Positions 22,211 through 35,341 of a DNA stretch of 64,000 bases are shown here, one piece after another. The DNA lies in NCBI RefSeq assembly GCF_000143415.4, contig NW_003314353.1, positions 214,140 through 278,139 on the forward strand, written 5' to 3'. How positions within the stretch are numbered: position 1 is the stretch's first letter; each line of letters starts with the position of its first letter. Source of the stretch: Selaginella moellendorffii (lineage: Eukaryota; Plantae; Lycopodiophyta). The notes beneath the pieces were generated by a model that made no database searches, was not told where the DNA came from, and was given only the letters and a program-made list of their open reading frames with translations. A program made the position numbers and the translations under genes.

Positions 22211-23799
22211 TGTAAGGGATTAATTTTTTTCCATTCTACTTTAGTCACTTAACCACACCTCCGACCACTTGGAGGAGTCTCATTCACAACCTCCATAAGT
22301 CCCACTCAGGACTTGGGGCTTGCTAGCCCCGAGAATGGCATCTATGCCACTCAACCTTTGCACTTGGTCCAAATGCTCCACGTGTCCGGTCCCCTGACTG
22401 ACACCCCAAGGCACCACCAACATACCAACTCGTTATGCTAGGCCATGCCCAATCACCTTGGTCACATCGGTGGTTCAACACCACTTGCATTGCAATCCCG
22501 TCTCTCTAAGACTGGGCCATCCGTCCATGAGTGGTCATCCCAAATCCACTCTTTAGCATCCTTAGGATGCCCACAGACATGGGGAATAGCCTTCCCCAAT
22601 ATCTCCTTTTTGGACCCCACCAAATCCCTTTCTGTCCTTGGCCGTGTTCGCCAACACTGCCACTGAATCAAGGCCCACAGGCCCGACCACTAAGTCCTAT
22701 GGTCCTTTGGGACTTCCTCACCGCACGACTGTATCCTTGGTCACCACACCAGAGGACTACTCCTCTTCCTTTCCACAGTCTGGGCCTTTGGGACAACATT
22801 TCGGAACACCATGGCTTTATGCAAGCCTCGTGGGTACTCTCCCTGCCTTCCGCCTTTGGGTGCTCTAGCCATGGGCTTAGAGCGAGGTTCCGTTGAGCCA
22901 TGTCTGGTATCTAAGTCGGTAGTGCCACCCACATTTGGACTGGGAGCATCAACCAGTCGATCTCCCAGGGGAACTAGAGCTGGCTCTTGAACACTTCGCC
23001 AAGCTACCCCGTTTGTCCGTCCGTGTTCACTCTAGTCTTGGACTTCACAATGGGCAACTCATCACCCAACACTGGGTCCGGCCTTCCTGGGCCAAACTGG
23101 CCTTTCCTGGCCAAACTGGCTCCATTGCAGTCCTCCCTCTCACTATACTTTTGGAGCTCACCAAACCCCCCAGGGTCTGGGAGACGAACGCTTTGGGCTT
23201 TCACCCTCTCAGACTCAAACTCGGACTCGGATTCGGATTTGGACTTGGACTCGGCCTCGGACTCGGGCTCGAACTCGGACTCGGGCTCGGTCTCGGCCTC
23301 GGCCTCGGTCTCGGTCTCGGTCCCGATCTTGGTCTCGGTCTCGGTCCCGGTCTCGGTCTCGACTTCGGACTCCATCTCGGGTCCATCTTGGACTCCATCT
23401 CGGACTCCATCTCGGGTCCATCTCGGACTCCATCTCAGGTCCATCTCGAATTCCATCTTGGGTCCATCTCAGACTCCATCTCGGGTCCATCTCGGGTCCA
23501 CCTCGGACTCCGTCTCGGACTCCACTTCGGATTCCACTTCGGACCCCAACTCGGGTCCATCTCGGACACTTCCACGTGTCATGTGGATGTCCTTTTGGGT
23601 CTCTTTTTGGAGCCTTGCTTATTGCTCGCTTCGTGCTCATTCCTCGAGCACTTCGTTGGGAGTTCCACTCCCACTCTCGACCTTTTCAAGTCGGAGCTTT
23701 TAGTCTAAACGTGTTACGCTCGTTTGGCTTTAGCTTCGGCCACTACCACATGGCACCCTTTCGGCTCCACTTTGGGGCCTAGGGATTTTGTGTCTCACA
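22211..23799 (-). repeat. LTR family B, copy 2 (3' LTR; PPT GGGTGGTGGAGT at 23800-23811)
   Basis: TG…CA termini; homology to 11926-13631; adjacent polypurine tract on the minus strand. Confidence 0.9.
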
Positions 23800-26296
23800 A
23801 CTCCACCACCCATAGACGAAGTTCGATGTCCTCATTGAACGATAAACTATTTTATAAAGTAATACTAGCTTGTATTACCCTTTGCATCCTTGGCCCCTCG
23901 CCAACATTCGTCCATGGTTTAACACCGAAGGCTCACCTTGCCTTACCCATCCTTTAAGGAGCATAGTCTCTTCAACTTAAAGATTCATTCGACCACTTGT
24001 GGTGGTTTTCTGCTTTTATTGGTTTAGTTCTCGCTAAACTTGTTAGAGACACCTTCTCTAACCCAATCCCACTACTCATTCTCGAGTAGTCTCAATTTCC
24101 ATTGATACAACCCTTGCACTTTGGAACCCTATTAATTCTGACTTCTCGAAGGCAGTTTCCTAGGTGTCTTCAACACCTTGCATTGCACATATTGTGCAAC
24201 TCCACTTCCTCATCCTAGGAAGTTCTCTACATGAGGGCACCATCATCCTCTTTTCGATTTCATGCTACCTTTGGCACTAAGTTCCAGTTATCATATTTTG
24301 TGCTAGGGCTGTCCACGGCCTTATCATTTGGCTACCTTACCACTCCCACCCTTGGAGCTTCCGCTTTCGCCAAATCGGAGCAATTGGGAATCCATTCTTG
24401 GGAACACATTGCCTTTCCCACAATCCGTTAGCACCCCACACATTAATGTTCTTGGCCTAACTTTGCCATTTGGATTCTTTCCCATGATTCCTATGGCTCT
24501 TTACTTAGCCACTAGTCTTTTGCTCCAATCCTTGATTGTTGCACCCAGCAACATAGGATCGCTACCTCCATTTTCGAGATATCCTTTCAGTTCCATAGTA
24601 AAGACTCTTCTTTGCCAAGTCCAGAGGATGTTCACCCCTAGTACGTCTCTTTAGCATCTTCTGCTGTAGGCTCTATCCACGGCCCAACTTCGTGACCCTC
24701 CTATGGGTCTCTTATAGAGACTACTTTCCTTGGACTCACTATGCCATTGCACGGACACAGCTTATTTCCCTTAGGTGCTCTTCCCACTTGGTCATCTTGA
24801 CCAAACCACACCATCTTAAACAGTTCAAATCAACATTTTGAACCAAGAATTTCATTCCTTAGCCAACCAAGGACCTTGTCCTTATTTGGCCATAAGATTA
24901 CTTAGTGATCTCACCTTGGCACATTAACAGAGTTGCCAAGAGGTACTTGGTCTTCTAGACGTTTAAGTTGTTGACCATAACCCCAGGGGCATCCCCCACA
25001 CTTGGCAGTGCACCCAAGCCAGCCCTTACGGCCAAGGGTTCATAGCAACTGAGATTAGGTGTCCCCACTCACTCACCACGTCCTTGGTGCCACTTGCACC
25101 AAAGCGTTCAAGTTAGATATGCCGAGCTTTCACACTAAGCAATCTAACCGTGCATCACGACTCCGAGGCATCCCTTACTTGGCGGTGTGCCCAAACCAGT
25201 CTCCCCACTGAGAGTCTATGAGCACTGAAATATGAGTGTCCTCATATTCCAAACCATCACCACGCCCTAGTGAGTTGGGACTCGAACCCAAGCACTAAAG
25301 GGTCGGGACTCGAACCCAACCTCCGTATATGCATCTACGGACGGCATCACACCTGATGCCTGGCGTGACTCCCCACGCTGGTGCACCAACTTATATTTAA
25401 AGTGTGCTACAGATCACGGTTTAGGAACTTAGTTCCTCCGCACTGCCAAGTCCTCTCACTTGACATGTTTGTGATCATGCATGGACTCCTTCATGCTCGG
25501 CCCCCTGGGCCACCCCTTTGAAGTTGGCTCCTTCAACTAGGGTATTCGTTCCCCCCGACTTGCCAATCTCACTTAGCAAGTCATTCGGCCACCGTAACAT
25601 GGTTCATGCATAAGCGTGAAAGTCCTTAACCATCAACTTTCATTCAAAGCCCTCTTTTTGAACACTCGGGAACTACTTCCCCAATCTTGATAGCCTCGCA
25701 TCATGGCAAGCTTCAAGACGACGTTTCTGCTGCGCCACTCTAATTTCGCGCGTTCTATGAATCATTTACACTTGGCTGACTAGGTACTTATTTACCTAGG
25801 GGATCGTTCAAGGAACTCTGTTCCTTGGCTTGCTAAGGCCTCTCATTTCGCAAGCTTTCCAATTACTATATAGTTTAACATGGATAATCCCATGCTTTAG
25901 ACTCTCCATGGCATCCCGGTCGCTAGTAACAACATGCCTGAGCACCCACTTGATTCTCCACTCCCAATTTACATAACCGCCCTTGGTCATGCCTGTCAAT
26001 TCCTATGGTTCGATTCTATCCTTATACTACTTGCCTTTTGGCCTCATACATTTCTTTCGGTTATTCTCCTTTAGACTAGGAAGATAGCTTTGCACTTTCT
26101 ACCATGCCTTGGCAAATATTCATAGGGATGAACCTACCCAGCAGCCTAGGGAGTAGTTCCTCAATCCAGGTTTGCTCACCTTGTAATCCCACACACTGGG
26201 ATCACCGTTGTTACTTATGGGCTTTTATATGCCCATCACTAGCCTTGCTAAAATCCCTCTTTGGCTTTGTCCAATTTGGGTAGATGGACATCTCTT

Positions 26297-27427
26297 TGTA
26301 AGCCACAAATTTTTCCATTCCAATTTGCCAGCTTACCTCGTCTACCCGTCCAACACTGCCTTGGCGTTTGCTAAGTTCCCTTGCCAAGGTTCCCGCCTAT
26401 GGTACCAGCTCCTACTTGGTTTCAGCTACTCACTACACGAGCAATGGAGCGTTAGCCATCCATCAACGGATTCCCAAATCTCTCCCAATCCCCCTCCCCG
26501 GGTTAGACTGGACTTAAGGTTCGGCTACACTCCCCACAGGCACAAGCAGCCAAGCACACCAAGCCTCCAGGTTCCTAACACCTCTTGGTACCACAAGACT
26601 TGATCATGGGACCCTCTAAATCCCAAGTCTTGGGTGCAACACTTGCTTTGGGACGCCGGGGCAAAACACTGTGGCCTAACGACCTGGTATAGGTACCTCT
26701 ACCCCCCCACTTCCATCCCGAAGGAAGGCCCAAGCCCCTGGCAAGGACCAATGAGCCGTATGGTACTCAAGTGGGGCACCACTCCACATGAGCCGAGAGC
26801 ACCGCAATCAGTTTCCCTTTCGGGAGTGGGAGCTGCTCTTGAGCACTTCCTTGGATGGCCTCTCCGGCACCAACCAAGTCCATGCTCACTCCCACCCAAG
26901 GCCCCTCGGTCCCAGTCTCAACCTCAAGTCGGTTTGGAAGCCCAACTGGAGAGTCCCTTCAAAACTGGTTCCTGGACCTCACTATCCCTACTATACTTTT
27001 GGAACCCCCTGCAGCCCCCCCCCCCCTGGGAGACGCACGCTTTGGGCTTTCACCCCTTGACCCGTATTAGTATTTGGACTTAGTCTCTGGCTCGATCTCG
27101 GACCCGATTTCGGATCTGACTTCAGATTCGGTCTCGGACTTGATCTCGGACTCGATCTCGGACCCGATCTCGGACCCAACCTCGGACTCGACCTCGGACT
27201 CGGTCTCGGACCCGATTTCTGATCTCGGACTCCGTCTCGAACTCGGTCTCGAACTCGGTCCTTGAGTCGGCCTCGGACTCGATTTCGGACTCTATCTCGA
27301 ACTCGGTCTCAGAGTTGGTCTTGGACTCGATCTTCGACTTGGTCCCATCCGATGAACTCTTTGTCATTTTGGTCATGCTTTTGGTGTTCCTTTAGCCTAC
27401 GACACCTCGGCGAGTTGATTCCTTACA
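26297..27427 (-). repeat. LTR family A (3' LTR)
   Basis: TGTAAGCCAC…CCTTACA; highly similar to 32642-33793. Confidence 0.92.
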
Positions 27428-28191
27428 ACTCCACCACCCATAGAAGAATTTCGATGCCCACATTGAATGTTTCTCTTTTTGATCCTACGACTTGTTGACT
27501 ATGTCTCCGGGGGCATCCCCCCACTTAGCGGTGTGCCTAAGTTAGCCTCCCCGGCCAAGAGCCCATGACAACGGAATATAGGTGTCCCTATATTCCTCAC
27601 CTCACCATGCCCTAGTATGGGGTCGGGACTTGAACCCAGCCTTGCTTTACTAGGGGGTTGGGACTCGAACCCAACCTTCGTAGAATACGTCTACGGATTC
27701 GACATCCCCGCAGGGAGTCGGGCGTAGCTCCCTACGCCTGGTCGACCTAGCTAACCCATGCTAATTAGCTTACCTTCGGCGCGCCTTCGGGTCCCAACAT
27801 ATGCTATTGCTCATTAAACTTTGCATAAGTACATAGAGTTCTGCCTTGCAAAAATTCCTTCACTAGATTTCGCGCATTCGCTAGGTTCTCCTCCGGTTCC
27901 CATGTTGCTTCGTAGTGTGGAAATCCTTTTCACTTCACATGGAACTCTCTCATCTCGCATCCTTGTTGCTTGCTCTTGCGCGCATTGAGGATGGCCTCGA
28001 CTTCGTATTCCTCTTCCCTTTGGATAACCTCAGGTAAAGGTCTTATTTGGTCCTTGCGAAGCGGATCCTCAAGATATGGCTTGAGTAAGTTCACGTGGAA
28101 CACGGGATGCATATTCCCCATCTCTCGAGGAAGTCGGAGTCGGTAAGCCACTTTACCGATTCGAGCCTCAATCTCGTAAGGCCCTGCGAAC

Positions 28192-28243
28192 CTGCTTAAG
28201 GAACTCAAGATCAATTCATTTACAGGAATACATGTATTTTTAC
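28192..28243 (-). other. 52-nt GT-AG intron-like insert in the integrase C-terminus
   Basis: GTAAAAATAC…CCTTAAGCAG; removal restores RKLTQR-FAGPYEI. Confidence 0.8.
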
Positions 28244-28661
28244 CTTTGGGTCAACTTCCGGCTGATCCCACTTGGTAGCCTGAGGTTCTTGGTGTTCAGC
28301 CACACCTTCTCCCCAGCTTGGAACTCTACATCCTGGCGCTTTTGGTTCGCGTACTTAGTTTGCCTTTGTTGAGCTCGTTCCAAGGAATCCCTCATTAGAT
28401 TCCAAATCTTGAGTCTTTCCGCCGTGAATGCCTCCACTGCAGGTAACTCTCCATGATACTCGGCCATGCCGAGTTCCACAGGACCTTCAATAGCTCACCC
28501 ATTGATGACTTCCCATGGACTCACCCCGATGCTCGAATGTGGTGAGTTGTTATAACACATTTCCACAAGTCCTAAATGACTTACCCAATCGGTTTGGTCT
28601 CCCGAGACATAGCATCGCAAATAATCCTCCAGCTGCCTATTCACCCTTTCGGTTTGTCCGT

Positions 28662-28708
28662 CCGTCAAGAAGTGTTAGTGCCACCAAACTTGACTTAATA
28701 CCCCATAC
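28662..28708 (-). other. 47-nt intron-like insert in the integrase core
   Basis: GTATGG…CACTAAC (branch-like)…CTTCTTGACGG; the acceptor reads CGG, probably a mutated CAG; removal restores AYHPQT-DGQTERVNR. Confidence 0.7.
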
Positions 28709-31700
28709 CTGTCTGTGGGTGATAGGCTGTGCTGAATTTCAACTTGGTGCGATACTGTTCCAGGAGAGTCCTCCAGAACCTACTAGTGAAGATCTTATCT
28801 CGATCTGAGATGATCTCTTCCGGCCTTCCCCACACTCGAACCACTTGTTTGAAGAACAGCTTCGCCACACCTTCCGCATCCACTTCGGTTGTGGTGGGTA
28901 TGAAATGTGCCATTTTCGAAAATCGGTCCACCACCACGAATATCGCATCAAACCCCTCGCTTGGGGGGAGTCCCGTGATGAAGTCCATCGTAAGACATTT
29001 CCACGGACGATCTGGAATTGGGATGCTTTGCAACAAGCCCCCACTAGCCTTAGTCACGGCTTTGACCTGTTGACATGTTGGACATGTCTTTACATAGTCT
29101 TGGACGTCCTTAGCCATATCTGGCTAATGGTACTTCCTCTTGAGTAAGCCCATCGTTTTGGGCACTCCGCCGTGTCCCGCAAGAGGTCCGTCATGACACT
29201 CTTCTAAGGCTACCCTCCTTAGTTCCCCTTCTGGAACATACACCCTCGTTTGCTTATAATATATGAGTCCGTTGCGTTCCGCATAGCCCGTTTTCTCTTT
29301 CGTTGGCAACTCACCTCTTTGGTGAGCTTCCCGTGCCTCTAGATTCCTCAGCAACACTTCTTGTGCTAGACCATTGTTCTCGTATGCGGTTCGTACATCG
29401 TCCCAAAAGGTTGCTGTTGCGCTGGATATCGCCAACTTCAAGCTCGCTTTTCGACTTAGCGCATCCGCCACGATGTTGCTCTTCCCAGGCTTGTACAGAA
29501 TCTCGCAATCAAACTCGGCCAAAGCATTGGCCCACCGACCTTGTTTTCCCCTCAGGTCGGGCTGTGACAAAAAGTGTTTCGTTGCCACATTGTCCGTGTA
29601 AACCTTGAAGTGTCTCCCAAGGTAGTGTTGCCACTCCTTGAGCGCCTTGACCACCGCAAACAATTCCTTCTCATGAGCAGGCCACTTCCGTTGAGCCTTG
29701 TCCAACTTCTTCGAGAAGAACGCTACTGGATGGTTGTCTTACTTCAAAACTGCGCCCAACGCAAAGTCTGAAGCATTAGTTTCTACCTCAAAGTCTTTAC
29801 CAAAGTCTGGTAACGCCAACATGGGAGCCTTCCTCAACTTCCCCTTGAGGTGGACGAATGCCGCCTCGCATTCTGCTGTCCATACCATCTTCCCTTTTCC
29901 CATTTGGTCTGTCAAGGGCAGGGCTATTCTCGAATAGTGTCTGATAAATTTTCGATAGTAGTTGCATAGCCCTAAGAATGCCCTTAACTCGTGTACATTC
30001 GATGGTCACTCGCAATCCTGGATCGCTTGGACCTTCTCAAGGTCCACCTTGAGCTCGTCCTTGCCCACCACATGCTCGAGAAACTTTACCTCTTGTTAAG
30101 CAAAGTCACATTTGCTCTCTTTAGCATATAGCTGGTGTTCCCTTAGTTTCTCAAACACCTTCGTCAAGTGTCTGGCATACTCCTCTAGCGTTTCGCTATA
30201 GATCAGGATGTCGTCAATATAGACGACCACAAAGTGATCTGGATAGGGTACAAAGATATGGTTCATCAACGTCGAAAACGTTGCCGACGCATTGCATAGC
30301 CCGAAGGGCATCACTAGAAACTCGAAGCTCCCATACCTCGTTTGACAGGTGGTCTTCTCGACATCATCCTCTGCTACCCTGATCTGGTAGTATCCTGACC
30401 TTAGGTCAATCCTCGAGAAGTATTTTGCCTTTCCCAACCTATCGAACAGGTCCTCAATCCTTGGCAAAGGGTACTTGTTCTTCTTTGTATACTTGTTGAG
30501 CAACCGGTAGTCTATGCACATGCGCATAGATCCATCTTTCTTTTTCACAAATAGCACCGGCGCCCCATACGGCGACTTGCTCAACCTAGCATACCCTTTG
30601 TCCACCAACTCCTCTAGTTGGCGCTTGAGCTTCGCGAGTTCTTTTTCGTTCAAACGATAGGGGGGGCGAACCATCGCCTTAGCACCCTCGACCAGCTCAA
30701 TCTTATGTTCTATCGGTCGTGCGGGGGGCAACCCCGCCGGTAGCTCCTCCGGCATGGTATCCTGGAATTGATCCAACACCCGCTAGACCACTAAAGGTAC
30801 TTCTTCCGTTCCAGTCTTTTTGTCACTTCTCACCGAGAGTAAGCACAAAAATGCAGCCTTGGTCCCTTTAGTGAGTTGTCCTCTCGTGGACACCAGGTTC
30901 AGGCACAAATCTTTGGCCTTGCATTGCCCTACCTTTAGATCCTGGGCCTCCACCCTGGATCTTCTCCCTTGGGCATTCGCCAGTACCACAAGGTTCTTAC
31001 CTTGTCCATGTAGGGCTACCACAAACCGATTGAACCAGTCCATCCCGAAGATCACGTCAAATCCCGTCATGTCCAACACGGTGAAGTCCATGTCTACTTT
31101 CCAAGTCCCTACTTCGACTCTCGCTTGTCGAAGTACCTCATCGGTGCTTTGGCTACCTTGAACAAACTCTATAGTCCTTGGTTCGCCTAGCCACTGCACC
31201 GTTAGTCCGGCTTGCCGGACTATGTCTGCAGCCACAAAATTATCCGAAGCACCCGTGTCAATAAGGATCTTAACAAAGCTACCTCCGAGCTTCCCTCGGA
31301 GGGCTAGTAGATGTCGTGAACGACTCTCTACCAAAGTTGCTCGTGTAATGAGCAATTTTGAGTTAGGGACTGGATCACATACCTCTGTTTGGACTTCACC
31401 CGACTTGATGGCCATATTGGCTCTGGCCTTCTTCGGGTAGGGACATTCCCTCGAAAAGTGTCCCGCTTCACCGCAATTGTAGCATACGTTGTTTCCCACG
31501 CTGCTATACGACTTGACCTTCTTATCCGTGGGTTTGTCTCTTTTTGCTTGACTCCCCCACATACTTGCTCACTGACCACCGGATTTGCCTTTCCGGAACC
31601 CCGAGGACTCATTCTTAGAGAAACTCTTCTTGAATTTCCCTCTGCTATAAGTTCCCCTTGGTTTGGCCCCTTTGCTAAATGTGGATCCCGACCCCGTCGT

Positions 31701-32641
31701 GTTCCCCTTTCGCAAGTTATCGTTGAAATGCACCTTGATGGCCGCATCCAACGCTTCCTTGTAGTTGGTCGGGTTCCAGCGCATCACCTCACCGCGAGCC
31801 CAGGTTTGCAAACCCGATATGAAGGCATGGAACGCATCCATATCCCCCATGTCCGTGACAAGTATCCTCTTTGCCATGAACCCATTCACATATTCTTGGA
31901 TGGTTCCAGTCTGCTTCAGCCTACTCAGCTCATCTCTCATATGCAAAGTGGCATTCGGAGGAACGTATGTTGCGCGGATTCTCGCCTTCATCATGTCCCA
32001 AGTGGCCACCGGTCCTTCGTTGGCCTCCGTCGTTCTCCACCAAGACTTGGCATTATCTGCCAAGTATGGTTTTGCACATGGGACCTTCTCTGAGCTCGGT
32101 AACCGCAACGCTCGGAAGTAGTCCTCCATATCGTAAAACCAATCCTCCACCACCTTATAGTCGTTCACTCCCTTGAAGACCGGTGGGGGCTTTGGTTTGT
32201 ACTTGGGAACTGCCTGAGGGGCTGATCCCACTTCGGTCTATTCGACCTTGTCTGGTTTTGCCTCAGTCCCTGCCGAAGGGTCCGCACCTTCTACGCTGCC
32301 AGCATCTGCAGTCTTTCGCCTTTTTTTTCGCTTCTCGTCACGCTTTAGCTTGCGTACGAGAGTCTCCAGCAGGGCATTGGTCTGCGCTAATTGTCCTTCT
32401 AGAACATCCAATCAAGCCTTGGACGACCGAACCTCGCCACCGGACTCCTGTTTGGAAGTTTCCTCACTGGAGTCCTCCTCATGCAAGGATTCCTCATCCA
32501 TAGCCTCTTGTTCGACTGGAGGCTCCAGCTCTGGCGGAGGTTCCGTCTCCACCTGGGTTCGCTTACGCCCTGCCTTTGCCATCTCCCAGCAATCCGCCTC
32601 TATCCTTCGCTAGAACTGAGGAAAAGGCTCCGATACCAAAC

Positions 32642-33793
32642 TGTAAGCCACAAATTTTTCCATTCCAATTTGCCAGCTTACCTCATCTACCCGTCCAACA
32701 CTGCCTTGGCGTTTGCTAAGTTCCCTCGCCAAGGTTCCCGCCTATGGTACCAGCTCCTACTTAGTTTCAGCTACTCACTGCACAAGCAACGGAGCGTTAG
32801 CCATCCATCCACGGATTCCCAAATCTCTCCCAATCCCCCTCCCCGGGTTAGACTGGACTTAAGGTTCGGCTACACTCCCTGCAGGCACAAGCAGCCAAGC
32901 ACACCAAGCCTCCAGGTTCCTAACACCTCTTGGTACCACAAGACTTGATCATGGGACCCTCTAAATCCCAAGTCTTGGGTGCAACACTTGCTTCGGGATG
33001 CCGGGGCGAAACACTGTGGCCTAACGACCCAGTATGGGTACCTCTACCCCCCTCCCCACTTCCATCCCGAAAGAAGGCCCAAGCCCCTAGGAAGGGCGAA
33101 AACCAATGAGCCGCATGGTACTCAAGTGGGGCACCACTCCACATGAGCCGGGAGCACCGCAATCAGTTTCCCTTTCGGGAGTGGGAGTTGCTCTTGAGCA
33201 CTTCCTTGGATGGCCCCTCCGGCACCAACCAAGTCCATGCTCACTCCCCCCAAGGCCCCTTTGTCCCAGTCTCAACCTCAAGTCAGTTTGGAAGCCCCAC
33301 GGGAGAGTCCCTTCAAAACTGGTTCTTAGACCTCACTATCCCTACTATACTTTTGGAACACCCCTGCAGCCCCCCCCCCCTGGGGNNNNNNNNNNNNNNN
33401 NNNNNNNNNNNNNNNNNNNNNNNNNNNNNNNNNNNNNNNNNNNNNNNNNNNNNNNNNNNNNNNNNNNNNNNNNNNNNNNNNNNNNNNNNNNNNNNNNNNN
33501 NNNNNNNNNNNNNNNNNNNNNNNNNNNNNNNNNNNNNNNNNNNNNNNNNNNNNNNNNNNNNNNNNNNNNNNNNNNNNNNNNNNNNNNNNNNNNNNNNNNN
33601 NNNNNNNNNNNNNNNNNNNNNNNNNNNNNNNNNNNNNNNNNNNNNNNNNNCCGGACTCTATCTCGAACTCGGTCCTAGAGTCGGTCTTGGACTCGATCTT
33701 TGACTTGGTCCCATCCGATGAACTCTTTGTCATTTTGGTCATGCTTTCGGGGTTCCCTTAGCCTACGACACCTCGGCGAGTTGGTTCCTTACA
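32642..33793 (-). repeat. LTR family A (5' LTR), containing an assembly gap
   Basis: TG…CA termini; PBS adjacent. Confidence 0.9.
33386..33650. other. Assembly gap (265 N)
   Basis: Run of N. Confidence 1.
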
Positions 33794-35341
33794 ACTCCAC
33801 CACCCATAGAAGAAGTTCGATGCCCACATAGCACCTCCTATCCTTCATTCCTTAGGGACTTTGTCCCTTGGGCATTATCCATTGCCCTCATGACACCAAA
33901 TACCCCCTTCTGGTGTTCTAGAGTGTTTGGGTGTCCCAATGATGGCCTCTCTGACAATGAGCATTCCCTTTTGGACATTGACTTATTATGTCGTAACATT
34001 ATAAGGGTATATTGAGCATCCTTATCCCAATAAGGAGTCTTAGGTAGTTGCCTTCTACCAGTTTATGAATTATTTTGCACCTTTTGCTTAGTTGCCTCAT
34101 AGTTGTCAAGTCCTACAACTCATTGCTGGTGCCTCCACACCTCTATCATTATCTGGGTCACCACACTCTAACCGCATGCCTTCCAACTTAGGCTATGCTA
34201 TTCCCATTTCCATTGGGATTCCTTTGGTAGGGGTTCTTATGAACCCACTAACTTGACCTCAAGGTAGTATGCCTTGGCACCTTCGGTGTCTCCACACCAT
34301 CGACTCGACGAACCTACCTTTATGACACTTCTTACTTGTGTCCAGGTATTTTTTCCAAGACCAATATGGTTGTCTCTTATGCTAATTATCCATTAGCACT
34401 GCACCATAGAGTTCATGCACAACTTGTGTCAAAGTTGTTTTCTTCCGGGAAACTCTTTCCCACGACTTTCGCATGGCACCTTCTGCCATCAATGAGATAC
34501 ATACTGCTCTCATGCTTGGATCTCAAGATCTTCCCCATCCTTCGTGGGGCACCACACACCTTAGTCCAAATGCTTTCCTCAAGCCCTTAGGATTATTCCT
34601 TGACTTTATTGGAGTCATTCAACCTTTTGGAATTTGTTAATTTGACGACCTATAAGGTCCTACTTTTGAGGTGCTAGCTCACTGGAATACAACTCTTTGT
34701 ATTCATGTCCTACTTACAAGGACCATCTTTTGCAAGTGTTACTCCGACACTTGATTTGTTCTCTAGGGGCAACTTTTCGCCCCTTAGGACCACTTGTCCA
34801 GGTGATGAGAATACCAACTCATCCTCTAAATACACCCCCAACTCCTTGGGTTGTTCTAGCATTTATTAGACGTAGCCCCGGCTACCATTTCAAGGACTTG
34901 TGTCCTCTTCCGTATTTGACCTCCCACAGTCATTAATTTCAGTCTCAAATTCATGAGCACCAACCTCGACTATATAAGGGTAATCTTGTGACTCCTTTAT
35001 TGTTTTGGAGTCTACATCTTTCCCGTGATCCCAACTATAGTTGTTTACCACAACTACGTTAGCCCGTTTGCTGCGTCAAACGCTCATCTGGATCACATCC
35101 TCAGCTCTCTGAGGATACCTTATACTGTTCCCAAGATCCCAAAGTCGTTCCATTATTGGCCCTTTTCTATCCACCATATTGTGCCCAAGTTCACGCATGA
35201 ACTTGAGTGGAGAGCCATGTCCTCTCGACATGCTACTCCTCAAGGATAGGCCCACTCCTAGGACCTTCCGATGCCAACATCAATGGTGATATACTTGAGC
35301 ACCAATAAAAGTCGGACTAAGGAACAGCTCCGATACCAAGT

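Larger units (their letters stand above)
27804..32582 (-). pseudogene. gag-pol polyprotein with chromodomain; multiple nonsense codons and at least one frameshift
   Basis: Gag; zinc knuckle CYNCGEAGHFSREC; protease LIDTGAS; RT YPLPRI…VVVYIDD; RNase H EKELFAVV…YTDN; integrase H-H-C-C and MDFITGLP…SDRD; GPY/F; chromodomain EYEVEAIL…ATWEPEENL. Confidence 0.95.
26297..33793 (-). mobile_element. Ty3/Gypsy chromovirus LTR retrotransposon (family A), defective
   Basis: LTRs 26297-27427 and 32642-33793; PBS 32627-32638; PPT 27428-27439; gag-PR-RT-RH-IN-chromodomain order. Confidence 0.95.

Noticed and set aside
27340-27380. Hammerhead ribozyme (retrozyme) in an LTR
   Set aside because: No CTGANGA…GAAA core with flanking stems identified by eye
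28540-28590. Third possible integrase intron (GTAAGT after DW)
   Set aside because: Reads through as normal integrase sequence (WVSHLGLVEMCYNN); no insert needed
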